NCBI RefSeq assembly: GCF_013122565.1
Contig: NZ_CP053258.1
Strand: one strand, 5' to 3'
DNA length: 64,000 nucleotides
Origin: Escherichia coli
GTDB lineage: Bacteria > Pseudomonadota > Gammaproteobacteria > Enterobacterales > Enterobacteriaceae
Below, one piece after another: positions 11,464-25,548 of this stretch (its first letter is position 1; every line of letters begins with the position of its first letter). Below the pieces are notes generated by a model that was not told the DNA's origin, did not search any database, and was given only the letters and a program-made list of their open reading frames with translations. The position numbers were made by a program, and so were the translations under genes.

Positions 11464-13311
11464 TCAGATTGACAGCTTCTTGACGCGCTTGCCGCCATAT
11501 AGCAGGTTTACGATGGCACGCGTACCGACAATCGCGGTAAACATCGACGTCGCCACACCGATACCGGTAGTAATCGCGAACCCTTTAATTGCCCCGGTAC
11601 CCACTGCGTACAGGATGATGACTTTAATCAGCGTGGTGATGTTCGCATCGAAGATAGAACTGAATGCGCCACGATAACCTTCATCAATTGCCTGTTGAAC
11701 AGTACGTCCGTTGCTCAACTCTTCTTTAATACGTTCGTTGATCAGTACGTTCGCATCGACCGCCACCGCAAGGGTTAAGACGATACCCGCGATACCAGGC
11801 ATACTCAGCGTTGCGCCTGGCAACAGCGACATAATGCCGACAATCAAGATCAAGTTGGCAATCAGAGCACTGGTCGCAATCAGACCAAACTTCTTATAGA
11901 AGATGATCATGAACAGAATAGAAACCAGCAGACCGGCAAGGCAAGCCTCCAGCCCCTGCTCAATGTTCTGCATACCCAGAGTCGGGCCAATGGTACGTTC
12001 TTCAACAATCTGAATCGGCGCGATCAACGCACCGGCACGCAGCAGCAGTGACAGCTGACGGGCTTCGTTCGGGTTGTTGATGCCGGTGATACGGAAGCTG
12101 TTACCCAGACGAGACTGAATGTTGGCGATATTAATCACCTCTTCCTGTTTCACCAGAACCGCACGACCATTTGCATCTTTCTTACCGCTGTCTTTGTACT
12201 CCACAAACAGGGTTGCCATCGGTTTGCCGATGTTGTCCTTGGTGAAGTTAGACATGATGTTACCACCAGCGCTATCGAGCGAGATGTTAACCTGCGGCTG
12301 GTTGTACTCGTCCTGGCTGGATGTAGAGTCGGTAATATGGTCACCGGTCAGAATTACGCGTTTGTACAGCACAACCGGCTGACCTTCGCGGGTCTGTTTC
12401 ACTTCAGAGTCGCCAGGTACGCGACCGGATGCCGCTGCGGCCTGATCAACGTTAGTGTTTACCAGACGGAATTCCAGCGTTGCCGTCGCACCCAGAATCT
12501 CTTTCGCACGCGCGGTGTCCTGAATGCCTGGCAGTTCAACAACGATACGGTCAGCACCCTGACGCTGAACCACCGGCTCCGCCACGCCAAGTTGGTTTAC
12601 ACGGTTACGCAGGATATTGATGTTCTGCTGCACCGCATATTCACGCGCTTCACTCAGACGAGCATCGCTCATTACCGCACGCAGCTGGTTGCTGCCCTGG
12701 CTGCTAATCACCAGGTCCGGATGGCGCTTGCTCAGATACGCAATGGCTTCATCACGAGCTTTAGCATCGCGGAAAGTGATGCTCAGGCCGTAGTTGTTTT
12801 CTTTACGAACGGTGGTATACGGGATGCCCTTTTCGCGCAGGTCGCTGCGCAGGCTATCGATATTTTGTTCCTGGAGTTTGCCAAGCGCGGTGTCCATATC
12901 CACTTCCATCAGGAAGTGAACACCGCCACGCAGGTCAAGGCCGAGCTTCATCGGCTCAGCGTGAATAGCTGCCAGCCAGCGCGGCGTTGCCGGGGCAAGG
13001 TTAAGCGCCACGACGTACTTGTCACCCATAACGCCCATTAATGCTTCACGAGCGCGCAGTTGGGTGTCAGTGGAGTCGAAGCGCGCAAGAATAGCGCCCT
13101 CTTCCAGTGCCACAGACTTAGCAGTTATTTTTTCTTCTTGTAACGTTTTCTGGACCTGGATCAGCGTTTGCTCACTGGCGGCGACTCCGCGCGCACCAGT
13201 GATCTGAACAGCCGGATCCTCACCAAACAGGTTGGGAAGCGCATACAGCAGACCGATGACAATCACAACGATCAGCATGACGTACTTCCACAAAGGATAA
13301 CGGTTTAACAC
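11464..13311 (-). CDS. secD: protein translocase subunit SecD
   Basis: 615-aa [45 protein letters not shown]..., matching SecD. Confidence 0.95.
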   Translation of the reverse strand: MLNRYPLWKYVMLIVVIVIGLLYALPNLFGEDPAVQITGARGVAASEQTLIQVQKTLQEEKITAKSVALEEGAILARFDSTDTQLRAREALMGVMGDKYVVALNLAPATPRWLAAIHAEPMKLGLDLRGGVHFLMEVDMDTALGKLQEQNIDSLRSDLREKGIPYTTVRKENNYGLSITFRDAKARDEAIAYLSKRHPDLVISSQGSNQLRAVMSDARLSEAREYAVQQNINILRNRVNQLGVAEPVVQRQGADRIVVELPGIQDTARAKEILGATATLEFRLVNTNVDQAAAASGRVPGDSEVKQTREGQPVVLYKRVILTGDHITDSTSSQDEYNQPQVNISLDSAGGNIMSNFTKDNIGKPMATLFVEYKDSGKKDANGRAVLVKQEEVINIANIQSRLGNSFRITGINNPNEARQLSLLLRAGALIAPIQIVEERTIGPTLGMQNIEQGLEACLAGLLVSILFMIIFYKKFGLIATSALIANLILIVGIMSLLPGATLSMPGIAGIVLTLAVAVDANVLINERIKEELSNGRTVQQAIDEGYRGAFSSIFDANITTLIKVIILYAVGTGAIKGFAITTGIGVATSMFTAIVGTRAIVNLLYGGKRVKKLSI

Positions 13312-13338
13312 GGCAATTCCCTTAGGGAAAAATTTTAA

Positions 13339-13671
13339 TTACAGCGCCTTCATGGTGCCTTTCGGCAGGACGGCAGCTACGAAGTCACGTTTAATAACTA
13401 CTTCAGTGGTGTCATTCAGCGCGATAGCAATGTAGCCGTTTTCCGCTACTTTGGTTACGCGACCAACCAGGCCACCGTTCGTCAGAACTTCATCACCTTT
13501 GGCAATGGAGTCCATCAGCTTTTTGTGTTCTTTGGTGCGCTTCTGCTGTGGACGCAGGATCATGAAATAGAAAATCAGACCGAATACCACCAGCATCAAA
13601 ATCAAAGACATCGGGCTACCTTGCGCCGGTGCACCCGTTGCCGCTACCGCATCAGAAATAAAAAAGCTCAT
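13339..13671 (-). CDS. yajC: Sec translocon accessory subunit YajC
   Basis: Internal start MSFFISDAVAATGAPAQGSPMSLILMLVVFGLIFYFMILRPQQKR gives 110 aa. Confidence 0.9.
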   Translation of the reverse strand: MSFFISDAVAATGAPAQGSPMSLILMLVVFGLIFYFMILRPQQKRTKEHKKLMDSIAKGDEVLTNGGLVGRVTKVAENGYIAIALNDTTEVVIKRDFVAAVLPKGTMKAL

Positions 13672-13693
13672 TAAATTTCCCTCATTATTAATA

Positions 13694-14836
<1,143 letters not shown>

Positions 14837-14876
14837 TCAGAAAAACAGTCCAACGTTTTAAACCAGCGCCGCGGAA

Positions 14877-15947
14877 TTACTCCCCGACGCGCTCATTAAT
14901 TGCCTGCGGATTGTACGTGATAAACATCGCATCACCGTAACTAAAAAAGCGATATTTCTCTTCTACCGCTGCTTTATAGGCGTTCATGGTGTGTTGATAA
15001 CCGGCAAAGGCCGAAACCAGCATAATCAGCGTCGATTCCGGCAGGTGGAAGTTTGTCACCAGCGCATCGACCACTTTGTACTGGAAGCCCGGATAGATAA
15101 AGATTTGGGTATCGTCAAAGAACGGTTCGATGAGATCGTTTTTCGCCGCCTGAGCCGCGCTTTCCAGCGAACGTACTGAGGTGGTACCAACCGCAATCAC
15201 CCGGTTACCGCGCGCTTTCGCCGCCAGTACCGCGTCTACCACATCCTGGGGTACTTCAGCGTATTCCGAGTGCATGATGTGATCTTCAATGGTGTCGACG
15301 CGTACCGGCTGGAAGGTGCCCGCACCAACGTGCAGGGTGACGAACGCCATCTCCACGCCTTTGGCGCGTAATTTTTCCAGCAAAGGTTCGTCAAAATGCA
15401 GACCAGCGGTCGGGGCTGCAACCGCGCCCGGTTTTTCGCTATAAACGGTTTGATAAAGTTCGCGGTCAGCGTCTTCGTCCGGACGGTCGATATACGGCGG
15501 CAGCGGCATATGGCCGATGCTGTTGAGAATATCCAGCACCGAGCGTTCATCATTAAATTCGACTTCAAACAGTGCGCCGTGGCGCGCGGTCATTGTTGCG
15601 TTAATACTTTCGTCATCGCCCAGCAGCAGTTCTGCGCCAGGTTTTGGCGCTTTCGAGGCGCGAATATGCGCAAGAATGCGTTTGTCGTCGAGCATCCGCT
15701 CAACCAGCACTTCAATCTTGCCGCCGCTGGCTTTACGCCCAAACAGACGCGCCGGGATCACGCGGGTATTATTAAAAACCAGAAGATCGCCGGGGTTGAG
15801 CTTATCGAGTAAATCGGTGAAAGTACCGTGCGTCAGCGCGCCCGTCGACCCGTCCAGCGACAGTAAACGACAGCTACTGCGTTCAGGCATCGGATAGTGG
15901 GCAATCAGGGATTCGGGCAATTCAAAGGAGAAATCGGTAACGCGCAT
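14877..15947 (-). CDS. queA: S-adenosylmethionine:tRNA ribosyltransferase-isomerase
   Basis: 356-aa [36 protein letters not shown]..., matching QueA. Confidence 0.95.
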   Translation of the reverse strand: MRVTDFSFELPESLIAHYPMPERSSCRLLSLDGSTGALTHGTFTDLLDKLNPGDLLVFNNTRVIPARLFGRKASGGKIEVLVERMLDDKRILAHIRASKAPKPGAELLLGDDESINATMTARHGALFEVEFNDERSVLDILNSIGHMPLPPYIDRPDEDADRELYQTVYSEKPGAVAAPTAGLHFDEPLLEKLRAKGVEMAFVTLHVGAGTFQPVRVDTIEDHIMHSEYAEVPQDVVDAVLAAKARGNRVIAVGTTSVRSLESAAQAAKNDLIEPFFDDTQIFIYPGFQYKVVDALVTNFHLPESTLIMLVSAFAGYQHTMNAYKAAVEEKYRFFSYGDAMFITYNPQAINERVGE

Positions 15948-16039
15948 GACACTGACTCAGACTAAAATAAGAGGCGGGTAGTCTAGTGCCGGGGCGCTCT
16001 CCCTGCAACCTTTACCCCCCTTTGGATAGAATATAATCG

Positions 16040-16621
16040 ATGAATTTTTTAGCTCACCTGCATTTAGCCCATCTCGCGGAAAGCTCGCTTTCCGGCAATT
16101 TACTGGCTGATTTCGTACGCGGAAATCCTGAAGAAAGTTTTCCGCCCGACGTCGTGGCTGGCATTCATATGCATCGGCGCATTGATGTACTAACCGACAA
16201 TCTGCCGGAAGTCCGCGAAGCACGGGAATGGTTTCGTAGTGAAACGCGCCGCGTTGCGCCTATTACCCTGGATGTCATGTGGGATCACTTTCTTTCCCGC
16301 CACTGGTCGCAGCTGTCGCCGGACTTTCCGCTACAGGAATTTGTCTGTTATGCCCGCGAGCAAGTGATGACGATTTTGCCGGACTCACCACCACGCTTTA
16401 TCAACCTGAACAACTACTTATGGTCAGAGCAGTGGCTGGTGCGCTATCGCGATATGGATTTCATCCAGAACGTGTTAAACGGCATGGCAAGCCGCCGCCC
16501 ACGTCTGGATGCCCTGCGTGACTCCTGGTACGATTTAGACGCTCATTATGCCGCCCTCGAAACCCGCTTCTGGCAGTTTTATCCGCGGATGATGGCGCAG
16601 GCGTCACGCAAGGCGCTCTGA
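16040..16621 (+). CDS. acpH: acyl carrier protein phosphodiesterase
   Basis: 193-aa [35 protein letters not shown]..., matching AcpH (YajB). Confidence 0.9.
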   Translation: MNFLAHLHLAHLAESSLSGNLLADFVRGNPEESFPPDVVAGIHMHRRIDVLTDNLPEVREAREWFRSETRRVAPITLDVMWDHFLSRHWSQLSPDFPLQEFVCYAREQVMTILPDSPPRFINLNNYLWSEQWLVRYRDMDFIQNVLNGMASRRPRLDALRDSWYDLDAHYAALETRFWQFYPRMMAQASRKAL

Positions 16622-16732
16622 AACTTCAAACTCCGGCGTCACTATTTTTTAGCATTCGCATCCAGCGGGGCGGCATAACAACGGTAAGAAAAATATTCGC
16701 TGGAGTGATTGGCGATATCTTTAAAATTGCTT

Positions 16733-18088
16733 TCACCAACCCCCCCCGTACGTGAGTACCGTTCTGGACAACTCTCCGTTTTCATTTATATGTGGAAAAT
16801 CATATTGTGTACTGAATCGCCATACATCTTTCTTTTCTGGCTCGCTGTTCACAGAGATACGTCGATGGAAGGTCCCTCCTATAAACGTGCGCCAGAACAA
16901 TTGTTGATCAAAATCTTGTAATATCGCAGACTTGGATGCTATTTGACGTAGTAAACCTGCATACCGTGGACTGCCATTACGAGCAACATTATGCAAACCC
17001 TGACTAAAAGCATCAAACAAACAATAGGTGTGATCACTAGTGAAAAAAGGTCTTAATTTTTTTTGTTCTTCATCGCTGTAATCCAGGAGCATCTCATTGA
17101 TTTCTTCCGGTGAGAATTTTAAGACAAAATTATCCTCAGAATTTGTTTGTTTCTTGTTTTTTTCAATATTCTTCTCCTCAATGCTCTTCGCATTTTGTTT
17201 CGCAATTATTTCCTCAGTTTTTTTCTCAATTACTTCCGCAATTTTTTCCCGAGTTTTAAATTTTAAACTAACACCATCGATGTCAACCGGTGTTGTTTTC
17301 AGATCTCTCTGCGCGTCTTCCAAATTTGTCTTATAGAGTTTGTGCAGTTTATCTGCAGATACGTATCCGGATGAAGAAATCTGGTGTGTACGCATGGGGG
17401 GCTGTTCACAAAGCATCGAAGCTATATCGTCTTTAAACTCTTTTACATTAAAGTTATCGGCATTAACCTTCCTTGTTATAAACCCCGCATCGGCAATTTT
17501 CTTCTCTAATTGTTTTGTACGTTTAGAATAATAAGCGTTGTTATCATAAAACTTTTCAAGAAGGGCCCACTCCTCAAGTTGCCTTATGTGATTTTTCAAC
17601 TGTTGATGATCTATTTTATATTCATGTGTACTAGAATCATTTTGGTTGCAGGAGTTACAGATTTTTAAGCATAATTTTCCATCAGATTTATCATCTATGG
17701 TATCAGTGAAAATATAGGACACTTCAATACTCTGCCCGTTCTTATCAGTCATCTCATATGACCATTGCCCCGTTCGTTTCGCATTCTTAATGACTTCGAT
17801 CGACTCTACAGGACAACCATGAAGAATGGGCAGAATTTTATCAGGATGCTTAATGAGTAAAATTATTATATTTACAATGTTTGAAAAGAAATTTTTGCTA
17901 TTTTTTATTTCATCGATTTTTTCCGCTGAAATGTTTACTAAGTTTTCATTTCCGGAAATGAAAAGCGATTTGCCATAGGTGCTTTTTTTAAATTGTTCTT
18001 CTGTTTTAGAAAAGACATCCTCTTTAAAAGGTGGCAACTCAGCACCAGTAATAAACGGTTTCAATAAATTCGAATTTGAAATTGTCAT
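16733..18088 (-). CDS. hypothetical protein, 451 aa, AT-rich strain-specific insertion
   Basis: Long uninterrupted ORF in a markedly AT-rich segment between acpH and malZ; predicted N-terminal domain, central K/E-rich coiled-coil, and a W/F/Y-rich C-terminal domain; no motif I can assign to a family. Confidence 0.6.
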   Translation of the reverse strand: MTISNSNLLKPFITGAELPPFKEDVFSKTEEQFKKSTYGKSLFISGNENLVNISAEKIDEIKNSKNFFSNIVNIIILLIKHPDKILPILHGCPVESIEVIKNAKRTGQWSYEMTDKNGQSIEVSYIFTDTIDDKSDGKLCLKICNSCNQNDSSTHEYKIDHQQLKNHIRQLEEWALLEKFYDNNAYYSKRTKQLEKKIADAGFITRKVNADNFNVKEFKDDIASMLCEQPPMRTHQISSSGYVSADKLHKLYKTNLEDAQRDLKTTPVDIDGVSLKFKTREKIAEVIEKKTEEIIAKQNAKSIEEKNIEKNKKQTNSEDNFVLKFSPEEINEMLLDYSDEEQKKLRPFFTSDHTYCLFDAFSQGLHNVARNGSPRYAGLLRQIASKSAILQDFDQQLFWRTFIGGTFHRRISVNSEPEKKDVWRFSTQYDFPHINENGELSRTVLTYGGGW

Positions 18089-18194
18089 ATCTTTGCTCCA
18101 CTACAGGGTTATCCTGGAGCAGGTTGTACCTAACCTCTTGGGCAAAGAATACCAAAAATCGCTCATATCGATCGGGACAAATATTTAACAAACT

Positions 18195-18242
18195 CAGCCC
18201 TGACATTGAGCAGCTTTTTTGCGCTGCGTAGTGTCAGGGCTG
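18195..18242 (-). terminator. nested inverted repeat, candidate malZ terminator at the insertion boundary
   Basis: 11-bp arms CAGCCCTGACA / TGTCAGGGCTG enclosing a second hairpin GCAGC-TTTTTT-GCGCTGC; lies 3' of malZ and 5' of the 451-aa ORF. Confidence 0.4.
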
Positions 18243-18275
18243 GTGACTAACGACGTAACAAATAAAACAGATGCT

Positions 18276-20090
18276 TTAGTTCATCCATACCGTAGCCGAA
18301 ATGGCAGGCAAAGCCAGAATCCCGTCTGTCAGTTGCCCATGGCCTTCTTTGCGTTGCCATTGCACGACATTAAGAAACGGTGACGCGGGTAGCACCACTT
18401 CACAGGCCTCGCCACGGTTGATTGCCACCAGTACACGCTGTTGATTCTGCACGCGGACAAATACCACCACGTTATCTTCCGCATACAGCACCTGACAGCC
18501 ACCACGACGCAGCGCCTGACTTTTCTTACGCAGCGCAATCATTCGCTGGTACAGCGCGAATAACGCCATATCCTGCTTTTCCACCTGCCAGGGGAACGGC
18601 TTACGGCAAAACGGATCGTTTTTGCCATCCAGTCCCACTTCATCACCGTAATAAATGCACGGTACACCAGGCCAGGTGAACAGCCAGACCACCGCCAGGG
18701 GCAGGCGCGCAACATCCCGACCGAGCAACGTTTTAAATCGCGCAGTATCGTGGCTGTCGAGCTGATTAAACATACGTAATTGCTGTTGATGAGAAAGCCC
18801 TGCGCGGTAATTATCCATCCAGGCCATACAGGTTTGGGCGTCAATTTGCTGCGGATCGTAAGAGATGTCGGTATTGGCAAGAAATCCCCACAACGGGAAT
18901 GTGAAGCCGCGATAGTTCATGGCGGCATCTTCCACATCGGCCTGTAACCATTGCCGTGCATCGCCAAAATGCTCTCCAACTATATACGCTTCCGGCTGGG
19001 TTTCTTTCGCCGCTTCGGTGATCCCGGCAACGTGCTGCAAATTATTGCGCGCCCCCCCCGCTTCCCCCAGCATATGCACCACATCCAGCCGCCAGCCGTC
19101 CATATTCCACGGCGCTTTCAGCCAGTGGCGGACAATACTGTCTTCCCCGCGATAAATTTCATTCACCAGACTTTCCGACTGATAATCCAGCTTCGGCAAG
19201 CTGGCATAGCCCAGCCAGTCGAGCGCCGTGCCATCGTCACTAAACGAGTACCAGTCGCGCCAGGGCGATTCGGGGTTGTGACAAGCACCCCCCGTGCCAC
19301 GATTGTGCCTGTCAAACCAGGCATGGGAATCGCCACTGTGGTTAAACACGCCATCCAGCACCAGCCGCATTCCCAGCTGCTGCGTATTGTGGCGTAAGCG
19401 CAGCAACGCCCCATCACCGCCAAACTGCGGATCGACATGGCGATAATCCTCGGTATCGTATTTATGTACGCTGGGAGCTTTAAACACCGGATTGAGATAC
19501 AGCGCCGTCACGCCAAGTTTTTTCAGATACGGTAGTTTTTCGCTTATCCCGTCCAGATCGCCGCCATAGAACGTTGATCCGCCCGCCTGCGCCGTGACCG
19601 GTTCATCCCAGTCACGCAAGATGATCTCTTGTCCGGCTGCGTGATGGTAATAGACATGATCCTGTTCAGCTTCACGAGGAAGACTACGGGCGAAACGATC
19701 AGGGAAGATCTGATAAAAAATCTGATCCGCTGCCCATTGTGGGCCGATATCCGGTACATCGATGGCAAACTGCTCCAGTCGTGCTGGCGGCATTCGGCTG
19801 AAGCCCTGCGGTGTAAACCAACGCTGGCGATCGTGCCATAGCAATTTGAAACTATAACGCCGCCGGGGTTGTCCACTGGAGAGATCGATCGCCGCCCGCC
19901 ATGCGGTGACACCAGGCTGCGGCTGACTGCGCTGCTTATGCATCGGTACTGACATTTCTTCGTTATCGTGTTCTGTACGCAGCATAATGCGCTGCGGTGG
20001 GTCTTCGCCCGTCAGCCACAGTGTAATGAGCAGTTGATCTTTGCTTTGTTTAACAAATGGGGGCACCGGCAGGTGCCATGCATTTAACAT
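18276..20090 (-). CDS. malZ: maltodextrin glucosidase
   Basis: Track ORF starts [15 protein letters not shown]...; the second Met is used as start here, giving 604 aa; GH13 alpha-amylase family. Confidence 0.9.
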   Translation of the reverse strand: MLNAWHLPVPPFVKQSKDQLLITLWLTGEDPPQRIMLRTEHDNEEMSVPMHKQRSQPQPGVTAWRAAIDLSSGQPRRRYSFKLLWHDRQRWFTPQGFSRMPPARLEQFAIDVPDIGPQWAADQIFYQIFPDRFARSLPREAEQDHVYYHHAAGQEIILRDWDEPVTAQAGGSTFYGGDLDGISEKLPYLKKLGVTALYLNPVFKAPSVHKYDTEDYRHVDPQFGGDGALLRLRHNTQQLGMRLVLDGVFNHSGDSHAWFDRHNRGTGGACHNPESPWRDWYSFSDDGTALDWLGYASLPKLDYQSESLVNEIYRGEDSIVRHWLKAPWNMDGWRLDVVHMLGEAGGARNNLQHVAGITEAAKETQPEAYIVGEHFGDARQWLQADVEDAAMNYRGFTFPLWGFLANTDISYDPQQIDAQTCMAWMDNYRAGLSHQQQLRMFNQLDSHDTARFKTLLGRDVARLPLAVVWLFTWPGVPCIYYGDEVGLDGKNDPFCRKPFPWQVEKQDMALFALYQRMIALRKKSQALRRGGCQVLYAEDNVVVFVRVQNQQRVLVAINRGEACEVVLPASPFLNVVQWQRKEGHGQLTDGILALPAISATVWMN

Positions 20091-20248
20091 CATAATTCCC
20101 CTGTGATGAAAATCTGATCACCTTGCCATAGCCTAATGCAGGATCACTCATCATCTGAAGGATATTTGGGGGAGGAGGACGGGGGCGGATAACTTTCGGA
20201 ATAGCCGGATCAGGATTTCCTCCTGAACCGGCTTACAGAACGCAAGTA

Positions 20249-21622
20249 TTACTGGTTTTCAGCCAGCTGACGATCGTGGCGGCGTTTAAACATCCAGCCA
20301 ATCAACAGCACAACAATCCACGCGAAACCGACATACAGCGAGATACGCGTATCCGGGTGATAACCAATCAACCCGATAATAAAGAGCAGGAAAATCAGCC
20401 CGCCGATGGTCGTTGCTACCCCACCCGGCACTTTAAATTTCAGCGCCTTAACTTCTTCTGGCGGCAAACGGCGACGGAAGGCGATTTGCGACAGCAGGAT
20501 CATAATCCACACCCACACCGTGGCGAAGGTTGCCAGCGAAGCGATCACCAGGAAGACGTTTTCCGGCATGATATAGTTCAGATACACCGCAAACAGCAGC
20601 GCGGTAGTCATCACCAGCACCGTAACCCACGGAATACCGCGACGCGACGTTTTGCTGAAAATTTTCGGCGCGCTGCCCTGCTCTGCCATACCGTGGAGCA
20701 TACGGCCTACGCCAAATACATCACTGTTAATTGCCGACAGCGAAGCAGTCAGCACAACAAAGTTAAGAATGCTGGCGGCAAAGGTAATGCCCATATGCTG
20801 GAACGTCAGCACGAACGGGCTACCGGCAGTGCCAACCTGATTCCACGGGTAGATAGACATAATGACAAACAGCGTACCGACGTAGAACACCAGAATACGC
20901 ATCGGCACGGAGTTAATCGCACGCGGTATCGATTTCTCAGGATCTTTCGCTTCACCGGCGGTAATCCCGATAATTTCGATCCCACCGTAAGCAAACATCA
21001 CCATTTGTAACGACATCACCATCCCAAGCCAGCCGTTACTGAAGAAGCCGCCGTTGCTCCACAAGTTATGAATACCGGTCGGTTGCCCGCCGTTGCCAAT
21101 CCCCCAGATGATGATGCCGAAACCGGCGACAATCATGATGATGATGGTGGCGACTTTAAAGAACGAGAACCAGAATTCCAGCTCACCGAATACCTTCACG
21201 CTCATCAGGTTTACGGCGCAAATGATCAGCACCACGCTCAGTACCCAAATCCAGTGCGGCACCGTCGGGAACCAGACACCCATATAGATACCAAAAGCGG
21301 TCACATCGGCGATGGCGACAATTAGGATTTCAAAGCAGTAGGTCCAGCCGGTAATGTAACCTGCCAGCGGGCCGAGGTTTTCCTGCGCATAACGTGAAAA
21401 AGAGCTGGCGGCCGGGTTATGTACCGACATTTCCCCCAGCGCGCGCATAATGATATACGCCGCGATACCACCGATAATATAGGCCAACAACACGCTCGGA
21501 CCGGCCATTTTGATGGCGTCTGCCGAACCGTAAAACAACCCGGTGCCAATTGCTGAACCCAGTGCCATAAAGCGTATGTGGCGGGTACTTAGCCCACGCT
21601 TTAGCTTGTTCTTACTTTCCAT
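20249..21622 (-). CDS. proY: APC-family amino acid permease ProY
   Basis: Track ORF starts [31 protein letters not shown]; the second Met is used as start, giving 457 aa. Confidence 0.9.
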   Translation of the reverse strand: MESKNKLKRGLSTRHIRFMALGSAIGTGLFYGSADAIKMAGPSVLLAYIIGGIAAYIIMRALGEMSVHNPAASSFSRYAQENLGPLAGYITGWTYCFEILIVAIADVTAFGIYMGVWFPTVPHWIWVLSVVLIICAVNLMSVKVFGELEFWFSFFKVATIIIMIVAGFGIIIWGIGNGGQPTGIHNLWSNGGFFSNGWLGMVMSLQMVMFAYGGIEIIGITAGEAKDPEKSIPRAINSVPMRILVFYVGTLFVIMSIYPWNQVGTAGSPFVLTFQHMGITFAASILNFVVLTASLSAINSDVFGVGRMLHGMAEQGSAPKIFSKTSRRGIPWVTVLVMTTALLFAVYLNYIMPENVFLVIASLATFATVWVWIMILLSQIAFRRRLPPEEVKALKFKVPGGVATTIGGLIFLLFIIGLIGYHPDTRISLYVGFAWIVVLLIGWMFKRRHDRQLAENQ

Positions 21623-21697
21623 CAATTCCTAACCCATCAACACAATAAAAAACCACGGGGCATCGCAGCCCCGTGGTTAAAACAAATGTTCAGTGAT

Positions 21698-23017
21698 TTA
21701 GTGAGCGCTGGAGGTCACCTGACGACCTGCCGCGCGATCCCAGATAATGGCCAGAACCACCATCACCACTGTTGGCATTAACCACGCCAGACCTTGTTCG
21801 GCCAGCGGTAAACGCTGCGCCCAGGACGGTAAGATATCGCTGAATGCAGATGCTTTGATCCCGTCGAGAATACCAAAAAGCAGGCTGATAAACATCGGCG
21901 GAGCAATCACGCGGGACGAATTATGCCACCATGAGCGTGTAAAACTTAATACAACCAGTGCGATACACGGCGGATAAATAGCGGTCAGCACCGGTACGGA
22001 GATCTGAATCAGCTGGCTCAAGCCGAGGTTAGACACCACCATCGAGAAGCCGCCGAGGATAAACACCAGCGTACGATAAGAGAGCGGTACGTACTGGGCA
22101 AAGAATTCTGCACAAGCACAGGTCAGGCCAACTGCCGTTACCAGGCAGGCGATGAAGATTAACGCCGCCAGCAGGAAGCTACCGCCGCCGCCAAAGGTGT
22201 GCTGAACGTAAGCATGCAGAATCGCCGCGCCGTTTGCAGACTGATCGACCAGCGACGCGCTGTCTGAACCCAGACGGAACAGCGCCAGGTACAGCAGAGT
22301 CAGACCAACACCCGCCATCAGGCCAGCCCAGACGGTATAACGGGTCAGCAGACGCGCTTCGGTAACGCCACGAGAACGCGCCGCGTTAACAATAACGATA
22401 CCAAACACCATTGCGCCCAGCGTATCCATGGTCAGATAGCCGTTAACGAAGCCGTTAGAAAACGCAGCGTTTTGATAAGCCTCAGTCGCCGTGCTGATAG
22501 AACCCGCCGGCCAGACAATCGCGGCAACAGACAGGATGACCAGCGCGATAATTTTCAGCGGCGCAAGGAAGTTGCCCACGGTATCCAGCAGCTTGCCCGG
22601 ATAGAGCGAAACCAGAATAACGATAGCGAAATAGACCAGGCTGTAGATAAACAGCGGCAGTGCGGAATCACCCGTCAGCGGCGCAATCCCCACTTCAAAA
22701 GAAACGGTAGCTGTACGCGGCGTAGCGAAAAGCGGCCCCACCGCCAGGTAACACACCGTTGCCAGCAGTACGCCAGCGACTTTACCGATTGGCGTGCTGA
22801 GGCTGTCAACACCGCCGCCAACTTTTGCCAGCGCCACTACCGTTAATACCGGCAGGCCAACGGCAGTAATGAGGAAGCCGAATGCCGCAGTCCAGACGTG
22901 TTCGCCTGCCTGCAAGCCGACCATTGGAGGGAAAATAATGTTACCTGCGCCGACGAACAACGCAAATGTCATAAAGCCCAGAGCGATGATATCGCGCGAT
23001 CTTAATTGATGGGTCAT
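21698..23017 (-). CDS. brnQ: branched-chain amino acid transport system 2 carrier BrnQ
   Basis: 439-aa [45 protein letters not shown], matching BrnQ. Confidence 0.9.
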   Translation of the reverse strand: MTHQLRSRDIIALGFMTFALFVGAGNIIFPPMVGLQAGEHVWTAAFGFLITAVGLPVLTVVALAKVGGGVDSLSTPIGKVAGVLLATVCYLAVGPLFATPRTATVSFEVGIAPLTGDSALPLFIYSLVYFAIVILVSLYPGKLLDTVGNFLAPLKIIALVILSVAAIVWPAGSISTATEAYQNAAFSNGFVNGYLTMDTLGAMVFGIVIVNAARSRGVTEARLLTRYTVWAGLMAGVGLTLLYLALFRLGSDSASLVDQSANGAAILHAYVQHTFGGGGSFLLAALIFIACLVTAVGLTCACAEFFAQYVPLSYRTLVFILGGFSMVVSNLGLSQLIQISVPVLTAIYPPCIALVVLSFTRSWWHNSSRVIAPPMFISLLFGILDGIKASAFSDILPSWAQRLPLAEQGLAWLMPTVVMVVLAIIWDRAAGRQVTSSAH

Positions 23018-23423
23018 AAATCATACTGCCTGTGGATGTGGTGTTGTAACGTTAAATTTTTGTGCCAATCCCTGGGGATGATACAGCGGTATATTTAAAC
23101 AATTTTAGCGGGAAATACTCCCAACCAGGCGCGGCGAAGAATAGTTTTTCGATTTACCGCGTTAATGCAGTCAGTATGACAGCACCTGAAGCGCAATTTA
23201 AACGCTTATAACGTTTTAAAGCAAGGAGGGATCTAAAAACCAGAGGTATATAGCGATAAGAAATCACCAACCAGTATAAAACACTATTTCCGTGAAAAAG
23301 ACATGGCTAATCATGCGAACAAAAAATCACCAACCGTTGTAAAATCTAACGCCCGTATTTTGACTGCAAAGAAAATAAGCCAGCATCGACTGGCTTATGG
23401 CAATAAAAGATGACAAAAGCGGA

Positions 23424-24719
23424 TTAATCGCTGTTTTTGGCAATTAAACGTTCCGGGATAACAAAACTGAAACGTGTTCCTTTTCCTACTGTACTCTCAA
23501 TATTCAGGCGACTTTCGTGATGATTCACCGCATGTTTCACGATCGCTAACCCTAATCCGCTACCGCCGGTTTGCCGGGAACGCGCTTTATCAACGCGATA
23601 AAAACGCTCGGTCAGGCGCGGAATATGCTCCGGTGCAATGCCCGGTCCGTTATCTTCAACGCTAAATTCGGCACCGTGCGGCACTCGCTGCCAGCGTACG
23701 GTGATATGCGTGCCTTCCGGCGTATGATTCACGGCGTTATAGACCAGGTTCGAAATCGCACTGCGTAGCTGATCTTCGTTGCCAGACACCTTGAGGCCGT
23801 TATCTATCTCAAAGGTAAATGTCTGTTTTTGCTGACTCAGAGTCTGAGCCTCACGCTCAACAACGCGCAGCATCATTGGCACATCAACCTTTTCATTGAG
23901 CAAATGCGTCGGTGCGGCTTCTATTTTCGACAGCGTCAGCAATTGCTTCACCAGCCCTTCCATCCGCTGGGTCTGCTCGCGCATGGTGTGCAACGCTTTT
24001 TCACGTACCGCGCCTTCCAGCGGTTGCTCATCCATCATCTCCAGGTAACCCTGTAACACGGTCAATGGCGTACGTAACTCATGGCTCACGTTGGCAAAAA
24101 AGTTACGCCGCGCCCCTTCCAGTTGATGCATTTGCGTGACATCACGCGCCACCATCAGCAACTGTTTGTGGGTATAAGGCATGACGCGAATTTCCAGATG
24201 CCGCCCAGTGTTGAGCACCAGATTAAGCGGGCGAGAAAAATCACGCGTTTTCAGATATTGCGTAAACTCCGGGTAACGCAGCAGGTTAAGGATGTTCTGC
24301 CCGTTATCTTCCGGCCAGCGCAAACCAAGAATCTGTTGCGCCAGACCGTTACACCAGAAAATACCGCCCTCTTCCGTGGTCAGCACCACTGCGTCGGGCA
24401 GCGACTCCGCGCCGCTACGAAAGCGTTTAATCAGATTGCCCAGTTCACGGCGGCGTTTTTTATTTCGCAGCTGCATCTGGTGTAAGCCGTATAGTAGCGG
24501 TTCCCAGCTACCACGCCCCGGTGGCGGGGTCATACTACGATCCACCCACAGCCACCATGAAAGGCGCAATAAATTCCAGAAATGCCAGATAAGCAGTCCT
24601 GTTACCGATGCCAGCAAAAACCAGGGCAGGTAACCAAAAAATGCACCCAGGATGAAAGCCGGGAGGCAGCAAAGTAGCAGCTCCAGCACCAGCCTTTTCC
24701 ACGACAGCCGTTCCAGCAC
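23424..24719 (-). CDS. phoR: phosphate regulon sensor histidine kinase PhoR
   Basis: 431-aa ORF with HisKA ([10 protein letters not shown]) and HATPase motifs; immediately downstream of phoB. Confidence 0.95.
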   Translation of the reverse strand: MLERLSWKRLVLELLLCCLPAFILGAFFGYLPWFLLASVTGLLIWHFWNLLRLSWWLWVDRSMTPPPGRGSWEPLLYGLHQMQLRNKKRRRELGNLIKRFRSGAESLPDAVVLTTEEGGIFWCNGLAQQILGLRWPEDNGQNILNLLRYPEFTQYLKTRDFSRPLNLVLNTGRHLEIRVMPYTHKQLLMVARDVTQMHQLEGARRNFFANVSHELRTPLTVLQGYLEMMDEQPLEGAVREKALHTMREQTQRMEGLVKQLLTLSKIEAAPTHLLNEKVDVPMMLRVVEREAQTLSQQKQTFTFEIDNGLKVSGNEDQLRSAISNLVYNAVNHTPEGTHITVRWQRVPHGAEFSVEDNGPGIAPEHIPRLTERFYRVDKARSRQTGGSGLGLAIVKHAVNHHESRLNIESTVGKGTRFSFVIPERLIAKNSD

Positions 24720-24776
24720 GTAAGATACTCCAGTTAAGAAATCATAAGCCCTGCTCTGCGTCCGATGAGCAAGGCG

Positions 24777-25466
24777 TTAAAAGCGGGTTGAAAAACGATA
24801 TCCTGTACCGCGTACGGTCTGCACCATGCGGTCATGCCCGCCTGGCTCCAGTGCTTTACGCAGGCGACGAATGTGGACATCGACCGTGCGGTCTTCCACA
24901 TACACGTTAGTTCCCCAGACGTGGTTTAACAGCTGCTCGCGGCTGTACACGCGCTCAGGATGCGTCATAAAAAAGTGCAGCAGTTTAAATTCTGTCGGCC
25001 CCATCTCCAGCGGCTCTTCGCCCGCCATCACCCGGTGAGATGTCGGGTCGAGACTTAGTCCCTGCATCTCAATCACCTCTTCCACCGCCATTGGCGAAAT
25101 ACGGCGCATTACCGCTTTGATTCGCGCCACCAGCTCCTTCGGCGAAAACGGCTTGGTGATATAGTCATCCGCGCCGGTTTCAAGGCCGCGCACGCGATCT
25201 TCTTCTTCCCCTCTGGCGGTCAACATCACCACTGGAATATCCCGGGTCATCGACTCGCGCTTGAGGTGTTTGATGAACTGGATACCGGAGCCGCCAGGTA
25301 ACATCCAGTCAAGGAGAATTAAATCCGGCCAGGGTTCATTCAGTTGATTCACAGCACTGTCATAATCTTCCGCTTCGACCGGCTGAAAGCCATTTTGTTC
25401 GAGCACGAAGCAGACCATTTCGCGAATTGGAGCTTCATCTTCTACGACCAGAATACGTCTCGCCAT
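24777..25466 (-). CDS. phoB: phosphate regulon response regulator PhoB
   Basis: 229-aa [45 protein letters not shown]... with OmpR-type winged-helix C-terminus. Confidence 0.95.
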
Positions 25467-25516
25467 GATTTGCCCTGTTGTAATAAATAGGTTGCGATCA
25501 TTAATGCGACGTCATT

Positions 25517-25548
25517 ATGCGTCAGATTTATGACAGATTTATGAAAAG
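25517..25548 (-). promoter_or_regulatory. Pho box in the phoB promoter
   Basis: Minus-strand sequence CTTTTCATAAATCTGTCATAAATCTGACGCAT, tandem 7-bp Pho-box repeats, 50-80 bp upstream of the phoB start. Confidence 0.6.

Noticed and set aside
12337-13041. 234-aa ORF on the plus strand inside secD
   Set aside because: Lies entirely antisense to the well-supported secD coding region; Arg/His-rich low-complexity translation typical of antisense frames in GC-rich genes.
20094-20248. Possible MalT boxes (GGAGGA-like) in the proY-malZ intergenic region
   Set aside because: GGAGGA-like hexamers occur but I cannot place them confidently relative to the malZ promoter without alignment to footprinted sites; left unannotated.
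20276-21010. 244-aa ORF antisense to proY
   Set aside because: Antisense to a strongly supported transporter gene; composition-biased translation (His/Arg/Asn-rich).
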